DNA of 64,000 nucleotides from Alphaproteobacteria bacterium (GTDB lineage Bacteria; Pseudomonadota; Alphaproteobacteria; RF32; CAG-239): NCBI GenBank assembly GCA_017465945.1, contig JAFTVD010000007.1, positions 4,926 to 68,925 of the forward strand, read 5' to 3'. Shown piece by piece: positions 60,678 to 64,000 of this stretch (position 1 is its first letter; each line of letters starts with the position of its first letter). The notes under the pieces were generated by a model. It saw only the letters and a program-made list of their open reading frames with translations, ran no database searches and was not told where the DNA came from. The position numbers and the translations under genes were made by a program.

Positions 60678-61790
60678 ATGGGATTTAATTGTGGTATTGT
60701 AGGCCTTCCAAATGTTGGAAAATCTACATTATTTAATGCTCTAACTCAAACCATTCAAGCACAAGCAGCAAACTTTCCTTTTTGCACTATTGAACCAAAT
60801 ACTGGTCGTGTTGCTGTGCCTGATAATCGTTTGCAAGAATTGGCAAAAATAGTTAATCCTAAAAATATAGTCCCAACACAACTAGAGTTTGTAGATATTG
60901 CAGGTCTTGTAAAAGGAGCATCAAAAGGCGAAGGTCTTGGCAACCAATTTTTAGCTAACATTCGTGAAACAGATGCAATAATTCATGTTTTACGTTGTTT
61001 TGATGATGGAAATATTACTCACGTTGAAGGTTCTATTGACCCGATTCGTGATGCAGAAATTGTTGAAACAGAATTAATGATTGCAGACCTAGAGTCATTA
61101 GAAAAACGCTTCGAACAAACTAAGAAAAAAGCACAAACAGGTGGCGATAAAGAAGCAGGTTTAAGAGCTCAAGTTATGGAACCTATTATTAATGCTTTAA
61201 GAGAAGGAAAACCAGCTCGCACAGCCGCTCCAGACCCTGCCAATAAAGATGCGTACAAACAATATCAAATGCTACAATTACTAACATCAAAACCTGTTTT
61301 ATATGTATGCAATGTTGATGAAGATAGCGCTTCAACAGGTAATGAATATTCTAAAAAAGTTTTTGAAAAAGCATCTCTCGAAAAAGCATCAGCAGTAATA
61401 ATTTCTGCCGCAATAGAATCAGAAGTAGCTCAACTTGATAGTGATGAAGAAAAACAAGAATTTTTATCTGCTCTAGGTTTAGAAGAAACCGGACTAACCA
61501 AAATAATAAAAGCAGGTTATTCACTTCTAGGATTAGAAACATATTTCACCGCAGGACCAAAAGAAGTACGTGCTTGGACTTTCATCAAAGGTTCAAAAGC
61601 ACCACAATGTGCCGGCATTATTCATTCCGACTTTGAACGAGGTTTTATTAGAGCAGAAACAATAGCCTATGATGATTACATCAAATTTGGCGGTGAACAA
61701 GGATGTAAAGAAGCTGGAAAAATGCGTTCAGAAGGTAAAGATTATATAGTAAAAGATGGTGATTTGTTAAACTTTTTATTCAACGTATAA
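60678..61790 (+). CDS. ychF: ribosome-binding ATPase YchF (Obg family)
   Basis: G1 GLPNVGKSTLFNAL, DIAGLV, NVDE and a TGS domain at the C-terminus. 370 aa. Confidence 0.95.
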   Translation: MGFNCGIVGLPNVGKSTLFNALTQTIQAQAANFPFCTIEPNTGRVAVPDNRLQELAKIVNPKNIVPTQLEFVDIAGLVKGASKGEGLGNQFLANIRETDAIIHVLRCFDDGNITHVEGSIDPIRDAEIVETELMIADLESLEKRFEQTKKKAQTGGDKEAGLRAQVMEPIINALREGKPARTAAPDPANKDAYKQYQMLQLLTSKPVLYVCNVDEDSASTGNEYSKKVFEKASLEKASAVIISAAIESEVAQLDSDEEKQEFLSALGLEETGLTKIIKAGYSLLGLETYFTAGPKEVRAWTFIKGSKAPQCAGIIHSDFERGFIRAETIAYDDYIKFGGEQGCKEAGKMRSEGKDYIVKDGDLLNFLFNV

Positions 61791-61792
61791 GC

Positions 61793-63181
61793 ATGAGAAA
61801 ATTTTATATACATCATTTATATCTTATCGGTTTTTTATCTGTTATTTTGTCATGCTTATATTTAAATTGGCAAATTCCCCCACACTTTGATGAAGCAAGA
61901 GCATGGAATATTGCAAAATACTTAAACCCAATAGAAATTTTCTCTATTGGAAAAGTAGAAGGACACCCCTTTCTTTGGTATTATGTTTTATTTCCAATAG
62001 CAAAACTAAATCTTTTTTACCCCTATTCTTTGTACATACTAAACATTATAATTATATTATCATCATTATATATTTTGTACAAATACGCACCTCTACCAAC
62101 TTATATAAAATATCTCATAACATTTTCCGCCCCCTTCTTACAATTATATAACAGTTTTGCTCGTAGTTACTCCCTAACAATATTTTTGCTATTTATAATA
62201 CTAAACTTACATAACCAACGTTTTAGCAAACAAATTCTATACCTTACTCTAATCCTATTACTCGCCAACACAAACACCACTGGTTTTTTCGCCGCCTTCT
62301 CTCTTGGAATAATATATTTACAAGAACAATTATTTTCCCAAAAACAACTCAATAAAAAAGAAATATTAATCACTACAATATTTATGATAATAGAACTTAT
62401 CGCTTTATATGTTCAGTTCTATGGTTACGATGACAGAATATTAAGAAGCACCCCTAATGCAGGACTAATTACAACCAATATTAATATAGCATATTTTCCT
62501 GCCAACATAATAATAGTGTGTGCAGTATATTTGGCATCAACATACATTTTCATCAAAAATAAAAAATATTCTGCATTATTCTTTTTATTATTTTCCTCAC
62601 TTCAACTAACTTTATTATTAAATTTCATTCATGAGGGCGGAAGACATCACCACTATTTCTACTACATATATCTAATATCTTCATATTGGATTGCAAATAC
62701 CAAAAAAGAACCACTAAATAACAAACAACTACTACCTCTTTCTATACTGTCTATGTTATTAATATTTAATAATAATATACACTACAAACATAGCTACAAA
62801 GATTATGTTAATGAAATAAAAAATAGCGCCATGCAAATAAATAAAATATTTTCAAACAACAAACAAGAGCTAATAACTTTTGATGATTTCTCTGGCAATA
62901 TTATGTTACCATACTTAAATAACAATATTATCTTATTAAATCAAACTGCCACCGAATATACCAAATTAAAATCATTCCAAGAATTTCTCAGTTTTTATTA
63001 TCTCCCAATAAAACCTGAAGACATATCTAATAGAGCATTAAAAAATCCGCAAATACTTATGTATCGTACTTGCGGAGAAAACTTATATACAAATTCAAAT
63101 ATGATATTTAATCTAAAACATAAACTAAATAACACCTATTGCTTATATGATATCATTGTAACATCATCTATTAGTTTCTAA
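61793..63181 (+). CDS. GT-C fold glycosyltransferase-like membrane protein (ArnT/PMT-like; putative lipid A/LPS or protein glycosyltransferase)
   Basis: Polytopic. First-loop motif PPHFDEARAWNIAKY resembles the DE(A/x)R(Y/x) motif of the GT83/GT39 families. 462 aa. Confidence 0.45.
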   Translation: MRKFYIHHLYLIGFLSVILSCLYLNWQIPPHFDEARAWNIAKYLNPIEIFSIGKVEGHPFLWYYVLFPIAKLNLFYPYSLYILNIIIILSSLYILYKYAPLPTYIKYLITFSAPFLQLYNSFARSYSLTIFLLFIILNLHNQRFSKQILYLTLILLLANTNTTGFFAAFSLGIIYLQEQLFSQKQLNKKEILITTIFMIIELIALYVQFYGYDDRILRSTPNAGLITTNINIAYFPANIIIVCAVYLASTYIFIKNKKYSALFFLLFSSLQLTLLLNFIHEGGRHHHYFYYIYLISSYWIANTKKEPLNNKQLLPLSILSMLLIFNNNIHYKHSYKDYVNEIKNSAMQINKIFSNNKQELITFDDFSGNIMLPYLNNNIILLNQTATEYTKLKSFQEFLSFYYLPIKPEDISNRALKNPQILMYRTCGENLYTNSNMIFNLKHKLNNTYCLYDIIVTSSISF

Positions 63182-64000
63182 AAACTCAATAGCATCCATC
63201 GCAGCCATAGCCCCACTACCTGCAGAAATGACAGCTTGTTTATATTTAGGATTCTTAACATCACCAGCAGCAAAAACACCTTCTACATCTGTAGTAGCTC
63301 CATCACCATTAGTAACAACATACCCTTTAGCATCCAAAACAAGATTGCCTTTAAATATATCTGTATTAGGCTGGTGTCCCACTGCAATAAACACACCATC
63401 TGCGTCTAAAGTTTTTATCTCGTCAGTTTCAACATTTCTAATCTTAATACCTGTAACTTTTTTAGATAGTTCTTCTTCGCCAAGCACTTCCTCAACCACG
63501 CTATCCCATTCAACAACAATCTTCTGATTATTAAATAATCTATCTTGTAAGATTTTATCTGCCCTTAATTGATGTCTTCTATGTACCAAAATAACTTTAT
63601 TAGCCAACGTTGCGAGGTATAAAGCTTCACACACAGCCGAATTACCTCCACCTACAATAACAACAGTTCTTCCTCTATAAAAAAATCCATCACATGTTGC
63701 ACAACAAGAAACACCATAACCTAAAAATTTTTCTTCCGAAGGCAATCCCAACCATCTAGCAGAAGAACCTGTTGCCACAATAACAGCTTTAGCCTTATAA
63801 GAATGTCCATTTTGAGAACTACAAACAAATGGACGATTAGAGAAATCAACTTCAACAATATGGTCATTAACACATTTTACACCTAACTTTACAGCTTGTT
63901 GTTTCATTTTATCCATTAATTCATAACCGCTAATTTCTTCAAAACCTGGAAAATTTTCAATACTACTAGTCATAGTTAATTGACCGCCTTCTTGATTACC
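63164..64000 (-). CDS. trxB: thioredoxin-disulfide reductase, C-terminal part (the gene continues beyond the window end)
   Basis: Redox-active CATC (GVSCCATCDGFF), the NADPH GGGNSA motif and the C-terminal FAD motif (VFAAGDV). ENFPGF/GGQLT continues upstream past position 64000. Confidence 0.88.
   Translation of the reverse strand, partial: GNQEGGQLTMTSSIENFPGFEEISGYELMDKMKQQAVKLGVKCVNDHIVEVDFSNRPFVCSSQNGHSYKAKAVIVATGSSARWLGLPSEEKFLGYGVSCCATCDGFFYRGRTVVIVGGGNSAVCEALYLATLANKVILVHRRHQLRADKILQDRLFNNQKIVVEWDSVVEEVLGEEELSKKVTGIKIRNVETDEIKTLDADGVFIAVGHQPNTDIFKGNLVLDAKGYVVTNGDGATTDVEGVFAAGDVKNPKYKQAVISAGSGAMAAMDAIEFLETNR

Noticed and set aside
1-64000. CRISPR arrays, rRNA genes, IS transposases
   Set aside because: I scanned for short direct repeats with regular spacers, rRNA-like conserved blocks and DDE/transposase motifs and found none. 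The only recombinase is the serine recombinase at 37475..38083.

Overview
The window is an AT-rich (about 30% GC) stretch of what looks like a host-associated alphaproteobacterial chromosome. The clade assignment rests on synteny and protein type: an alpha-type 94-aa L28 (97 aa is the typical alphaproteobacterial length), an rplY-pth-ychF cluster, a secA-PPIase pair, RHH_4 proteins and a BP26/SIMPL protein. I cannot name the organism from the sequence alone.

Most of the window is housekeeping. Recognisable genes include:
- an operon on the minus strand encoding a TetR repressor, an AcrA-like fusion protein and an AcrB-like RND pump
- thyA and folA
- rpmB, cmk, rsmE, an orphan NarL-type response regulator and a SAM methyltransferase
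- hsp20, accA and a phosphofructokinase
- the ADP-heptose pathway genes hldE, gmhA and gmhB, plus pssA
- tsaC/sua5, pepA, dnaE, sufD, sufC, secA, a parvulin-type PPIase, rplY, pth, ychF and trxB (cut by the window end)
- four tRNAs: Glu-CTC, Pro-GGG, Arg-CCG and Leu-TAA
- many intrinsic terminators

Between these sit several accessory, ORFan-rich patches:
- 10.5-13.8 kb: tandem RHH_4 paralogs, a SIMPL protein and a NUDIX gene remnant.
- 17.7-21.8 kb: ORFans around tRNA-Pro, including a free-standing EF-Tu domain-II-like protein, a TMEM43-like membrane protein and two duplicated small membrane proteins.
- 28-32 kb: half of a Yej-type ABC transporter (substrate-binding protein plus one permease only) and an ankyrin-like repeat protein.
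- 34-35.5 kb: a DUF4422-like putative glycosyltransferase.
- 37.5-41 kb: a serine recombinase, an alpha/beta-hydrolase lipoprotein, a small lipoprotein and a PDZ-less S41-peptidase-like protein with no signal peptide.
- 45-46.8 kb: a 581-aa protein whose N-terminus carries H-G-S ... Y-G-R-G-Q-Y-F-Y motifs typical of diphtheria-toxin/PARP-type ADP-ribosyltransferases, followed by a glycine-zipper-like hydrophobic C-terminus.

The last item is my best candidate for a previously undescribed toxin/effector. The S41-like protein with its recombinase neighbourhood comes second. Every call is read by eye from motifs; no searches were run.
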